Assembly (NCBI GenBank): GCA_934130375.1
Contig: CAKOXW010000001.1
Coordinates: forward strand, 136,067-200,066
Direction: 5' to 3'
Length of the DNA stretch: 64,000 nt
DNA from: an uncultured Bacilli bacterium
GTDB taxonomy: Bacteria; Bacillota_I; Bacilli_A; RF39; UBA660
Positions within the stretch are counted from its first letter, which is position 1. Each line of letters starts with the position of its first letter. Shown here one piece after another: positions 19,541-28,704 of this stretch. The notes under the pieces were generated by a model, which worked only from the letters and a program-made list of their open reading frames with translations, made no database searches and had not been told where the DNA came from. Both the position numbers and the translations under genes were made by a program.

Positions 19541-20521
19541 ATGAAAAAAATAATAAAGATAACATTTTTATTTCTATTTGTAATACTTTCTTGTGGATGT
19601 GGTAAGGTAAATGTTTCGGTTGATAGTAAGTCATTATTTTATATGGATACATATATTCAAGTAAAGTTATATGATTGTGCGAATAGTGAAGAAATATTTA
19701 ATAAAATAGATAATATATATAAAGAATATCATGAATTAACTGATAGATATAATAGTTATGATGGTATTGTAAATGTATATTATTTAAACAACGTGCTTAA
19801 AAATAAAGAAAGTATTGAAATCGATGATAGATTAGCAGACTTAATACAATACGGAATTGATGCTTACACTAAAACTGATGGCTACATTAATATTGCGATT
19901 GGTAACCTTGTAGATATATGGAAGCATTATAGAGAAGATGGTACCAAAGTTCCTACTAAAGATGAACTAGAGAGTGCAAATATTGATATAAAGAATATAA
20001 GCCTTAAGAACAAGGTATATAGTAAAAAGAAGGATGTTAAGATTGATTTAGGAGCTTATGCTAAGGGGTACGTAACTGAGATTGTAGGTGAGTACTTAGA
20101 AGAACAAGGTATTAATAAGTATTTAATTAATGCTGGTGGTAATGTGAAGGTTGGTTCTAAGTATAATGATAATCTATATAAAGTAGGTTTAGAAGAACCT
20201 TTTAATACTAGTAATGTTTATGATATTATTAATGTTGAAAATAAGTCTATAGTAACTAGTGGTAGTTATCAAAGATATTACAAAGTAGATAATGTTATTT
20301 ATAATCATATTATTAATCCTAAGACATTATATTCTGATAATTATACTAAGAGTGTTACAATTATATGTGATAATTCTAAAGAGGCAGATATATTATCTAC
20401 TTATATGTTTATGTTACCAATTGATAAGGGTTTAGAAATCATTAATAATTTAGATGGAGTAGAAGCAATATGGTATGCTGATACAATATACAAGTCTTCT
20501 AATTTTAGTAAGTATGAATAA
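19541..20521 (+). CDS. apbE: FAD:protein FMN transferase ApbE (lipoprotein)
   Basis: Lipobox LSCGCG, ApbE-family core. RBS GGAGG. Followed by the conserved NusG_II/Gx-transporter partners. Confidence 0.8.
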   Translation: MKKIIKITFLFLFVILSCGCGKVNVSVDSKSLFYMDTYIQVKLYDCANSEEIFNKIDNIYKEYHELTDRYNSYDGIVNVYYLNNVLKNKESIEIDDRLADLIQYGIDAYTKTDGYINIAIGNLVDIWKHYREDGTKVPTKDELESANIDIKNISLKNKVYSKKKDVKIDLGAYAKGYVTEIVGEYLEEQGINKYLINAGGNVKVGSKYNDNLYKVGLEEPFNTSNVYDIINVENKSIVTSGSYQRYYKVDNVIYNHIINPKTLYSDNYTKSVTIICDNSKEADILSTYMFMLPIDKGLEIINNLDGVEAIWYADTIYKSSNFSKYE

Positions 20522-20852
20522 GAATGATATTATATTAATATTAACTGTTAGTTTAATTACTATTTTATTATTCGTAATACCAACAAGGAATAGTAATTAT
20601 GCTTATGTATATTATGATGGTACTAAGATTAAAGATATTAGTTTAGATAAAGATGATAAGTATATAGTACAAGGTTATAATGGTGATATAGTAATTGAAG
20701 TTAAGAATAAGAAAATTAGGGTTGTAGAAGAGAATTCTAATAATCATTTATGTAGTAAGCAAGGGTTTACTAATAGTATTCCTATTGTGTGTTTACCTAA
20801 TAAAATAGTTATAGATTTTAGTAATGATAATAATTTAGATACAGTTATGTGA
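20514..20852 (+). CDS. NusG domain II-containing protein (DUF1312)
   Basis: Small membrane-anchored protein in the conserved ApbE - NusG_II - Gx transporter arrangement. Confidence 0.5.
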   Translation: MNKNDIILILTVSLITILLFVIPTRNSNYAYVYYDGTKIKDISLDKDDKYIVQGYNGDIVIEVKNKKIRVVEENSNNHLCSKQGFTNSIPIVCLPNKIVIDFSNDNNLDTVM

Positions 20853-20859
20853 AGTAGTT

Positions 20860-21276
20860 ATGAAAAAGATATTTAGTGTTATATTGATTATTGCTTTTTG
20901 TTTTTTACTTCTTAGTTTAATACCAACTAAAAATAATAATAATGAAAAAATTAATGAAGAAAGAGAAAAGATTAGTTGGGAATTAGTAAGAAAAATAAGT
21001 AACACTAAAAAAATAATTGTAAAGAATAGAAATACTAATGTTGTATTAAAAACAATAGATGGCAATTTAGTTGAAGATATTATATCAATATTATCAAATG
21101 GTTATGTGATTAATTCAAAGGATGTTGATTATATTTTGTCGTATCATATTATGGAATTGTATGATGATGAATTATTGATTGATACTATTGTGATATATCC
21201 TGATTGTGTTTTGTTTGAAAGTAATAATACTCGTTATGAAATAGATATGGATGCATTTTTAAAAATAATTGAATAG
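20860..21276 (+). CDS. Hypothetical secreted/membrane-anchored protein
   Basis: Signal/TM N-terminus. No recognisable domain. Confidence 0.4.
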   Translation: MKKIFSVILIIAFCFLLLSLIPTKNNNNEKINEEREKISWELVRKISNTKKIIVKNRNTNVVLKTIDGNLVEDIISILSNGYVINSKDVDYILSYHIMELYDDELLIDTIVIYPDCVLFESNNTRYEIDMDAFLKIIE

Positions 21277-21289
21277 TAGTGAGGTAGTT

Positions 21290-21787
21290 ATGGATACGAA
21301 AAGAATAAGCAAGTTATCAATGCTTTTAGCGCTTTCTTTGGTGCTTAGTTTGGTTGAAAGTTATATTCCAATATTAAATGGTATCATACCGGGTTTTAAA
21401 GTAGGATTTGCAAATATAGTTGTTTTATTTGCGCTTTATAATTTATCTTTTAGGGAAGCAATTAGTTTATCAATACTAAGAGTTTTTATTATGGGAATTC
21501 TAAGGACAGGGTTGTTTTCAATAACTTTTACTTTTAGTTTAGTAGGAGCGTTATTAAGTGTTATTGCTATGTTTTTAGCTAAAAATTATACTAAGTTATC
21601 TATAGTTGGTGTGAGTATTATTGGTGCGATATTTCATAGTATTGGTGAAATAGTTATTGCTATGTTATTTTTATCAAATACTAATATTGTTTACTATTTA
21701 CCAATTCTTTTAGTAGTATCTTTATTAACTGGTTCCTTAGTTGGTATTATTACTGATAAAATATTAAAGTATTATGATAATTATTAA
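21290..21787 (+). CDS. Gx transporter family protein (heptaprenyl diphosphate synthase component I-like)
   Basis: Polytopic membrane protein with the SYIP...FK.G.ANI pattern. RBS GTGAGGTAG before the ATG at 21290. Confidence 0.6.
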   Translation: MDTKRISKLSMLLALSLVLSLVESYIPILNGIIPGFKVGFANIVVLFALYNLSFREAISLSILRVFIMGILRTGLFSITFTFSLVGALLSVIAMFLAKNYTKLSIVGVSIIGAIFHSIGEIVIAMLFLSNTNIVYYLPILLVVSLLTGSLVGIITDKILKYYDNY

Positions 21788-21791
21788 TATA

Positions 21792-21816
21792 AAGTTAGTT
21801 AATTCTAACTTTTTTT
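21792..21816 (+). terminator. Hairpin agttag-ttaatt-ctaact + T7
   Basis: Read directly after the Gx transporter stop. Confidence 0.45.
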
Positions 21817-21834
21817 AAAGTGCAATAAATATAT

Positions 21835-21861
21835 TTCAAAGTGCAATTTTTGCACTTTGAA
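21835..21861. promoter_or_regulatory. Perfect 12-bp-arm palindrome ttcaaagtgcaa-ttt-ttgcactttgaa, with an extra direct copy of aagtgcaat at 21818, upstream of the topoisomerase B-subunit gene
   Basis: Read directly. Candidate operator. Confidence 0.3.
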
Positions 21862-21991
21862 ATTGTAATATGGGTAAGTACTTAACAAAAAGTACATTAT
21901 GTTATTTATTACAAATTTAAGAAAAACAAGGTAGAAACTTGCAAGAATTTATATTTTGGGTTAAAATATAGGTTGTAAAAGGAGAATACGT

Positions 21992-23896
21992 ATGGCAGTT
22001 AAATATGATGACAATTCGATTAAGATATTAGAGGGGCTTGAAGCAGTTAGAAAAAGACCGGGTATGTATATTGGTTCTACTGATAAAAGAGGTTTGCATC
22101 ATCTTGTATGGGAAATTGTTGATAATAGTATTGATGAAGTTATAAATGGGTATGGTAATTATATTAAGATTATAATTCATAGTGATAAATCTGTATCAGT
22201 TTCTGATGAAGGTAGAGGTGTGCCAGTTGGTATGCATTCAAGTGGTAAGAATACTATGGAAGTTATTTATACTATTTTGCATGCTGGTGGTAAGTTTGAA
22301 GAAGGCGGATATAAAGTATCTGGTGGTCTTCATGGCGTTGGAGCATCAGTTGTTAATGCTCTATCTTCTTGGATGGAAGTTACTAGTAAAAGAGATGGCG
22401 GAGAATATTTTGTAAGGTTTGAAAATGGTGGCCATGTTGTTATTCCTCCTCACAAAGTAGGTAATACCAATAGAACTGGTACGACAGTAAGGTTTTTGCC
22501 CGATAAAGAAATATTTCAAACTACGACTTTTTCATTTACAACTATTTGCGAAAGAATGCAGGAAAGTGCGTTTCTTCTTAAGGGGCTTACAGTTGAGGTA
22601 ATAGATGAAGAAGATAAAAAACAAGAGAAATTCCATTATGATAATGGTATTGAATCTTTTGTTGAATATATAAATGAAGATAAGAAAACTCTTCATAAGG
22701 TAATTAATTTTGAAGGTATTAAAGATAGAATTGAAGTAGATATTGCGATGCAGTATACTGATAGTTATCAAGAAAGTATTGTGTCATTTGTAAATAATGT
22801 TAAAACAATTGATGGTGGTACTCATGAGGTTGGCTTCAAGACTGCCTTAACAAGGGTGTTTAATGACTATGCTAAAAAGAATGGCTATATAAAGTCTAAG
22901 GATAAGGCTTTTGAAGGTACTGATGTAAGAGAGGGATTAACTGCTGTTATTTCTTTAAAAATTCCAGAAGATTTATTGCAATTTGAAGGACAAACTAAGG
23001 GTAAGTTAGGTACTCCTGTTGCAAGGAATGTTGTTGATAGTATTGTATCTGAGAAATTAGAATTTTATTTAGAAGAAAATAAAGAGGTTGCAGTTAATAT
23101 TATTAATAAAGCATTAAAAGGTAAAAGTGCAAGAGAAGCAGCAAGAAAAGCTAGGGATGAGGCTAGAAAGTCAAGTGGAACTAAGAAAGAAAAGATACTA
23201 AGTGGTAAATTAACTCCTGCGCAAACAAAAAATCCTAATAAAAATGAATTATTTTTAGTAGAGGGTGATTCTGCGGGTGGTTCTGCAAAGCAAGGTAGAG
23301 ATAGAAAATTCCAAGCAATTCTTCCTCTTCGTGGTAAGGTTATTAATACTGAGAAAGCAAAGATTGAAGATATATTTAAAAATGAAGAAATAAATACAAT
23401 GATATACACTATCGGAGCAGGTTGTGGTAAAGATTTTAATCTTGCTGATTGTAATTATAATAAAGTAATAATTATGACCGATGCTGATGATGATGGTTCT
23501 CATATCCAGTGTTTATTACTAACTTTCTTTTATAGATATATGAAACCACTTATTGAGGATGGTAGATTATATATTGCGATGCCACCACTTTATAAACTTG
23601 ATTATGGTAAGAATAAGCATGAATATATATGGACTAATGAGGATTTAAGAGAGAAAAGTGGCTATATAAATATTCAAAGATATAAAGGACTTGGTGAAAT
23701 GAATGCTGACCAGTTATGGGATACTACAATGGACCCTGATAAGAGAAGTTTGATTAAAGTTAATATAACTGATGCTGTTTTAGCAGAAAAAAGAGTAAGT
23801 GTATTAATGGGTGACCAAGTTGAACCAAGAAAAGAGTGGATTGAGGAAAATGTAGAATTTTCTTTGGAAGATGATTATAAAATAAATAATAAGTAG
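21992..23896 (+). CDS. Type IIA topoisomerase ATPase subunit B (GyrB/ParE family; possibly ParE since no gyrA/dnaA context)
   Basis: LEGLEAVRKRPGMYIGST, GHK ATPase, Toprim EGDSAGGSAKQGRDR, PLRGKVLN. 634 aa. Confidence 0.9.
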   Translation: MAVKYDDNSIKILEGLEAVRKRPGMYIGSTDKRGLHHLVWEIVDNSIDEVINGYGNYIKIIIHSDKSVSVSDEGRGVPVGMHSSGKNTMEVIYTILHAGGKFEEGGYKVSGGLHGVGASVVNALSSWMEVTSKRDGGEYFVRFENGGHVVIPPHKVGNTNRTGTTVRFLPDKEIFQTTTFSFTTICERMQESAFLLKGLTVEVIDEEDKKQEKFHYDNGIESFVEYINEDKKTLHKVINFEGIKDRIEVDIAMQYTDSYQESIVSFVNNVKTIDGGTHEVGFKTALTRVFNDYAKKNGYIKSKDKAFEGTDVREGLTAVISLKIPEDLLQFEGQTKGKLGTPVARNVVDSIVSEKLEFYLEENKEVAVNIINKALKGKSAREAARKARDEARKSSGTKKEKILSGKLTPAQTKNPNKNELFLVEGDSAGGSAKQGRDRKFQAILPLRGKVINTEKAKIEDIFKNEEINTMIYTIGAGCGKDFNLADCNYNKVIIMTDADDDGSHIQCLLLTFFYRYMKPLIEDGRLYIAMPPLYKLDYGKNKHEYIWTNEDLREKSGYINIQRYKGLGEMNADQLWDTTMDPDKRSLIKVNITDAVLAEKRVSVLMGDQVEPRKEWIEENVEFSLEDDYKINNK

Positions 23897-23935
23897 AAAA
23901 ATGTAAATATTTGTGATAATATTAAGTAGAGGTGT

Positions 23936-24694
23936 ATGATGAAAAAGATATTAAAGATTTTATTAGCAATTATTCTTGTATGGATTTTATTTTTTATAAT
24001 TGATTTTATTAGCATTAAAACAAGTAAGAAACCAATTTTTGTAATTAATAAGACTATTAATAGAGATAGTAATTCAACTGAATATAAAGGACTTGGTTAT
24101 AAAGTTATCGTATGTGAAAAAGATGAAGATAAGAAAGTAACTATTGGTGGATTTGGTCTTAAAAATTCATGTGAAGTTGAAGTAAAGAAGACTGATGCTG
24201 AAAAATTTAGTGATGAATATACAAATGTTGATAATACTAATTTATTTGTTTATAGAACAAGTAGTGAAATAATCAATATATTAAAAAATGGTACTGGTAT
24301 AGTATATTTAGGTTTTCCCGGGTGTCCTTGGTGTCAAGCATATGTTCCTTATTTAAATGAAGTTGCTAAAACTAACGGACTTGAAAAAATTTATTACTTT
24401 AATATATTGGAAGATAGAAAGAATAATACTGATGATTATAAAGAAATGGTTAGTTTATTAAAAGATTATTTATCTAATGATAGTGAAGGCAATAAGAGAA
24501 TTTATGCTCCATCAATTATAGCAGTAAAAGCAGGCGAAATAGTTTCATTTGATGATGAAACAGGTTATGATACTAAAGGAGAAAAAGATCCAAAAGATTA
24601 TTGGACTGAAAAGAGAGTTAAAAAATTAAAAGAAAAATTAAATAAAATGGCTAAAGAAGTTGCAAGTAATACATGCAGTGATTGTAATAAATAA
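23936..24694 (+). CDS. Membrane-anchored thioredoxin-fold protein (CPWC motif)
   Basis: N-terminal TM, then FPGCPWCQAY thioredoxin-like active site. C-terminal CSDC. Confidence 0.5.
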   Translation: MMKKILKILLAIILVWILFFIIDFISIKTSKKPIFVINKTINRDSNSTEYKGLGYKVIVCEKDEDKKVTIGGFGLKNSCEVEVKKTDAEKFSDEYTNVDNTNLFVYRTSSEIINILKNGTGIVYLGFPGCPWCQAYVPYLNEVAKTNGLEKIYYFNILEDRKNNTDDYKEMVSLLKDYLSNDSEGNKRIYAPSIIAVKAGEIVSFDDETGYDTKGEKDPKDYWTEKRVKKLKEKLNKMAKEVASNTCSDCNK

Positions 24695-24773
24695 GAGATA
24701 AAGAAATTTATTTCTTTTTTCTTGACTTTATTATGAATATAAATATAATAAAAAGCAATTGAAGAGGTGTATT

Positions 24774-25172
24774 ATGAATAATCAAATAAGTTTATATAGA
24801 GAACAATTATATTATGAATTAACTCATTATGATAAAAAGAATAAATCTAAGATTAGGTTACAAGATGAATTAATTGAGAGAATAATATTTAATGTAGATG
24901 ATGATTTAAGAAAATCTTTTGTATTTCCTGATAGATTGATGAAAAATATAGACTTTACGGATGTATCATTTGATAACTTTGATTTTAGAGGGTTTGATGC
25001 TGAAGGGTTTTATGGAATTACTATTAATACTGATAGTATATATAACAAGGATTTAAGTTATTCTATTTTAAGAGGTGTTAGTATAGTAGGTAGTATCGAT
25101 GGTATTAATATAGAAGGTACTGATTTTTCAGGGTGCATATTCTATAATAACAAGGTTAAAGGTAAGAAGTAG
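24774..25172 (+). CDS. Hypothetical protein, pentapeptide-repeat-like C-terminus
   Basis: RBS GAGGTG before the ATG at 24774. Weak repeat pattern DFTDVSFDNFDFRGFDAEGF. Confidence 0.4.
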   Translation: MNNQISLYREQLYYELTHYDKKNKSKIRLQDELIERIIFNVDDDLRKSFVFPDRLMKNIDFTDVSFDNFDFRGFDAEGFYGITINTDSIYNKDLSYSILRGVSIVGSIDGINIEGTDFSGCIFYNNKVKGKK

Positions 25173-25243
25173 TATTTTGTATGTACCAATTATGAAAATA
25201 TCACTATTAAGACCAATTGATGCGATAAAAAAGTAAAAAATTG

Positions 25244-25273
25244 TTGACAATTGCATATAATGTGTTATATAAT
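25244..25273 (+). promoter_or_regulatory. Sigma-A-type promoter for the infC operon (TTGACA, 17-18 nt spacer, TGTnTATATAAT)
   Basis: Consensus hexamers read directly. Confidence 0.45.
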
Positions 25274-25420
25274 TAATTCGTAAAAAAAGGAAAGCGATTT
25301 ATATCCACCTGAGAGCACGTAGTTCTAGGTACAAAAGCCAATAATTAATTCTATTTATATTATGTGAGTTTTTGGGTGGATATTTATCTACCTTTTTTGC
25401 TGGAAAAAATGATTTTTCGT
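25274..25420 (+). promoter_or_regulatory. infC-rpmI-rplT leader with alternative antiterminator (atatccacc 25301-25309 pairs with ggtggatat 25375-25383) and terminator (ggtggat-attt-atctacc + T6, 25375-25398); L20-type autoregulatory leader
   Basis: Mutually exclusive helices read directly. L20-mediated attenuation of the infC operon is established in Bacillus and relatives. Confidence 0.45.
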
Positions 25421-25957
25421 ATGGAGGTGCTTACTATAGCAAAGGAAAAAGATTTACCTATCAATGGTGAAATAAGATGTAGTCAAATGTTGGTTATTGG
25501 ACCAAAAGGAGAGCAACTTGGAGTTAAATCAAAAAGTGATGCTTTGACACTTGCTGATTATGCTGGATTTGATTTAGTACTTATTAATGAATCTTCTAAT
25601 CCACCAGTTTGTAAATTAATGGATTATAAGAAATATAAGTATGAAAAGAAAAAGAAGCAAAAAGAAAATGATAAGAAGCAAAGAGAAACTAGTTTTGAAG
25701 TTAAGGAATTTAGATTATCAGTTACAATTGATAAACATGATTTTGAGACTAAGATGAATAATGCTAAAAAGCATTTAGAAAAAGGAAACAAAGTTAAGGC
25801 TTCAATAAGATTTAAAGGAAGACAACTTGCACATACTGAACTTGGTGAAGAAGTTTTAAATAGATTTGCTGAGGGATTAAGTGATGTTGCTGAAGTAGAG
25901 TCTAAACCAAAATTTGAGTTTAAATCTATTTATATGGTTTTAGCACCAAAAAAATAA
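25421..25957 (+). CDS. infC: Translation initiation factor IF-3
   Basis: INGEIR..., PPVCKLMDY, and a C-domain match IF-3. GGAGG sits 8 nt before an in-frame ATA at 25436, suggesting a non-canonical start as in other infC genes. ATG at 25421 lacks an SD. Confidence 0.9.
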   Translation: MEVLTIAKEKDLPINGEIRCSQMLVIGPKGEQLGVKSKSDALTLADYAGFDLVLINESSNPPVCKLMDYKKYKYEKKKKQKENDKKQRETSFEVKEFRLSVTIDKHDFETKMNNAKKHLEKGNKVKASIRFKGRQLAHTELGEEVLNRFAEGLSDVAEVESKPKFEFKSIYMVLAPKK

Positions 25958-25973
25958 ATGAGGAGGAGAAGTT

Positions 25974-26168
25974 ATGCCAAAAATTAAAACACATAAAGGA
26001 ACAAAGAAAGTATTAAAAGTACGTAAAGGTGGTACTATTTCTATGGGAAGACCTGGAAGTAGACACAATACTGGTAAGAAAAGTGCAGTAGCAAACAGAA
26101 AAAATAGAAAGGGTTCAGTTTTATCTAAGTCAGATGCTAAGAGATTAAAAACTGTAAAAATTAAGTAA
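25974..26168 (+). CDS. rpmI: 50S ribosomal protein L35
   Basis: MPKIKTHKGTKK... is typical of L35. RBS GAGGAGGAG. Confidence 0.95.
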   Translation: MPKIKTHKGTKKVLKVRKGGTISMGRPGSRHNTGKKSAVANRKNRKGSVLSKSDAKRLKTVKIK

Positions 26169-26179
26169 GGAGGTAAATT

Positions 26180-26716
26180 ATGGCAAGAGTTAAAGGTGGA
26201 ACAGTAGCAAGAGCTAGAAGAAAGAAAACTTTAAAAGAAGCTAGTGGTTATTTTGGAAGTAAACACAGATTATATAAGACTGCTAAGGAACAATTATTAC
26301 ATTCTGGAGTATATGCTTATAGAGATAGAAGACAAAAGAAGAGAGATTTTAGAAAATTATGGATTACTAGAATTAATGCTGCTTGTCGTGAAAATGAAAT
26401 TAGTTATTCTAAATTCATAAATGGTCTTAACAAAGCAGGTTTAACTGTTAATAGAAAGATGTTAGCAGAACTTGCAATTGATAATGAAAAAGCATTTGCT
26501 GATTTAGTAGTTATTGCTAAGGATGCTTTAGAAGGTAAGGAATATAAACCAGCTAAGGTTAAATTAGAAAGTAAGAAAGAAGAAAAAGTAGAAGTTAAAG
26601 AAAAAGCACCTGCTAAGAAGGCTGCTGCTAAAAAAGAGACTACTACTAAGAAAACTACTACAACTGCTAAGAAAGCACCAGCAAAGAAAACTACAACTAA
26701 GAAAGAAACTAAGTAA
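26180..26716 (+). CDS. rplT: 50S ribosomal protein L20 with ~60-aa Lys/Ala/Thr-rich C-terminal extension
   Basis: [16 protein letters not shown]...[18 protein letters not shown] is canonical L20 (~118 aa). The extra tail is [38 protein letters not shown]. Confidence 0.9.
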   Translation: MARVKGGTVARARRKKTLKEASGYFGSKHRLYKTAKEQLLHSGVYAYRDRRQKKRDFRKLWITRINAACRENEISYSKFINGLNKAGLTVNRKMLAELAIDNEKAFADLVVIAKDALEGKEYKPAKVKLESKKEEKVEVKEKAPAKKAAAKKETTTKKTTTTAKKAPAKKTTTKKETK

Positions 26717-26731
26717 TTGGTTTCTTTTTTT
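26703..26731 (+). terminator. AT-rich hairpin aagaaac..gtttctt overlapping the rplT stop + T7
   Basis: Read directly. A second hairpin+T8 at 26770-26808. Confidence 0.4.
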
Positions 26732-26754
26732 GTGTATTCGTGGGCTTAAATAAT
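26731..26754 (+). repeat. Copy of recurrent 3' motif TGTGTATTCGTGGGCTTAAATAAT
   Basis: Motif family, see 16796. Confidence 0.55.
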
Positions 26755-26876
26755 ACTAATATTATTTTAAGATAAAGTAATTTATAAAAAACTTTATCTT
26801 TTTTTTAATTTTTTAGGGGAAATTAAAAAGTTTTAGGGAATATTCCATATATAGAGTAATTACAAAGGAGGATTAA

Positions 26877-27764
26877 ATGAATTACTATGATGAAATAAAA
26901 AAAGAATTAGTAAATAATGAAATATATAAAAGAGTAAAAGATTATTCAAAGAACAGACATGATTTAAGTACGTATTACAATGTAGGTAAATTATTAAGTG
27001 AGGCAGGTAAGAGTTATGGTGATGGCATTATTAAGGAATATAGTAAAAGACTTACAAATGAATTAGGGAAAGGTTATGGCATTAGTACATTAAAAAATAT
27101 GAGAAAATATTATATATTATCAAAAAGCCAGGCACTGCCTGGCCTTTTGACATGGTCACATTATTGTGAATTGTTTTCAATAAAAAATATAGATGAGATT
27201 AGATATTATATAGATATTTCTATTTCACAAAATTTAAGTTATAGAGAATTAAGAAATAGAATAAAATCAAAAGAATATGAAAGATTAGATAATAAAACAA
27301 AAGAAAAACTAATTAATAAAGAAGATACTATAGTAAGTGATTTTATAAAAGACCCAATTATAATTAATAATAGTTTAAATTATATAGAAATATCGGAAAG
27401 AGTATTAAAGGAATTAATATTAAATGATTTAGATAATTTTCTTAATCAATTAGGTAATGGTTTTTGCTATATTGGTTCTGAATACAAGATTAAGATTGGA
27501 AATACTTATAATTATATAGATATATTACTTTATAACATTGAATTTAATTGTTATGTAGTTGTAGAGTTGAAAGTAACTGAATTAAGAAAAGAGCATATTG
27601 GACAAATTGAAATATATATGAATTATATTGATAAAAATGTAAAAAAAATTGGTATGGATAATACAATTGGTTTAATAATATCTAAGTATAAAAATGAGTA
27701 TATAATTGAATACTCAAGTGATAGTCGTATTAAAGTAACTACTTATTTGATAAAGCAGAATTAA
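26877..27764 (+). CDS. DUF1016 / YhcG-like PD-(D/E)XK nuclease family protein
   Basis: C-terminal GFCYIGSEYKI...YIDILLYNIEFNCYVVVELKVTEL...GQIEIYMNYID matches the YhcG restriction-endonuclease-like core. RBS AAAGGAGGA. Confidence 0.65.
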   Translation: MNYYDEIKKELVNNEIYKRVKDYSKNRHDLSTYYNVGKLLSEAGKSYGDGIIKEYSKRLTNELGKGYGISTLKNMRKYYILSKSQALPGLLTWSHYCELFSIKNIDEIRYYIDISISQNLSYRELRNRIKSKEYERLDNKTKEKLINKEDTIVSDFIKDPIIINNSLNYIEISERVLKELILNDLDNFLNQLGNGFCYIGSEYKIKIGNTYNYIDILLYNIEFNCYVVVELKVTELRKEHIGQIEIYMNYIDKNVKKIGMDNTIGLIISKYKNEYIIEYSSDSRIKVTTYLIKQN

Positions 27765-27773
27765 CTGAATTTA

Positions 27774-27795
27774 AAAAGGTGTGCCACTTGCACAC
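27774..27795. terminator. Hairpin gtgtgc-cactt-gcacac flanked by A5 (plus) / T5 (minus); convergent-gene terminator
   Basis: Read directly, 15 nt after the DUF1016 stop. Confidence 0.35.
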
Positions 27796-27976
27796 TAATT
27801 AACATCTCGACATTATTATGAATTTTTCTCAATTAATGAAAATTATTTAAAAAATGATTTAGTGCTGATTATTACTTAACTATAATGCGCCAATTTTATT
27901 TATTAGGTAAAAAGTTGCGACATTGTCGCAACAATTGACATGGTAACATTATTATAAAGAATTATATTTTTAAAGA

Positions 27977-28002
27977 ATAAAAATGGTCGGCAATACCGAC
28001 CG
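27977..28002 (-). terminator. Terminator ggtcgg-tattg-ccgacc + T-run for def (minus strand); additional palindrome ttgcgacaATGtcgcaa at 27915-27931
   Basis: GC-rich 6-bp stem + UUUUUAUUC on the minus strand. Confidence 0.45.
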
Positions 28003-28043
28003 AATTAACTTGGTGTCATAATATTAGTTAAAACAAAAAAGAA

Positions 28044-28592
28044 TTAGATTGTTCTAATTCCGTCAATGTTATTTGTTATTTTATCAATAAATAGTATTCC
28101 GTTTAAGTGGTCTAATTCGTGCTGGAAAGCAATTGCAAGTTCTTCTCTTGCTCTTATGCTAATTTTATTGCCATCAATGTCATAGCCTTCAAATTTAACT
28201 CTTGCGTATCTTTTTACATATCCTTCAACATCTCTATTAACTGATAAGCATCCTTCTCCCGCATCAGCAGCAATTTCTTCTTCTGAATGGCTTACCATAA
28301 CTGGATTTATAATAACATAAGTATCAAATTTTTGCTCTTCATCATCTTCTTCGGTTACTTCATGTACAACAACAAAATATCTTTTATTTATTCCAAGTTG
28401 TATTGCAGCCATACCCATACCAGGTCTTAGATTGTATTTTTCAGATAATTCTTCAATTTGACTATCATATAAATATTCAATCATATCGTTAATCGCATCT
28501 TTATCTTTTTGAGATAAAGGAAATGTTACTTCCTTACTAATATTTCTTAATCTTTTATCTTTTTCATCAAGTATGTCTTTCATTTTAATCAT
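28044..28592 (-). CDS. def: Peptide deformylase
   Basis: GMGMAAIQLG, EGCLSV, HELDHLNG motifs. Confidence 0.9.
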   Translation of the reverse strand: MIKMKDILDEKDKRLRNISKEVTFPLSQKDKDAINDMIEYLYDSQIEELSEKYNLRPGMGMAAIQLGINKRYFVVVHEVTEEDDEEQKFDTYVIINPVMVSHSEEEIAADAGEGCLSVNRDVEGYVKRYARVKFEGYDIDGNKISIRAREELAIAFQHELDHLNGILFIDKITNNIDGIRTI

Positions 28593-28704
28593 ATACTTCA
28601 CCCCAAATTCATTGTTATTTTACCATAAATAAATAAAAAAATAAATAGTTAGTTTTTCTTTAAAATAAAAGTATTTTTTGATATAATCTATACAGGTGGT
28701 ATAA

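Noticed and set aside
21992-23896. Calling this gene gyrB outright
   Set aside because: No gyrA follows and there is no dnaA/dnaN/recF context. It could equally be parE, so it is left as the GyrB/ParE family.
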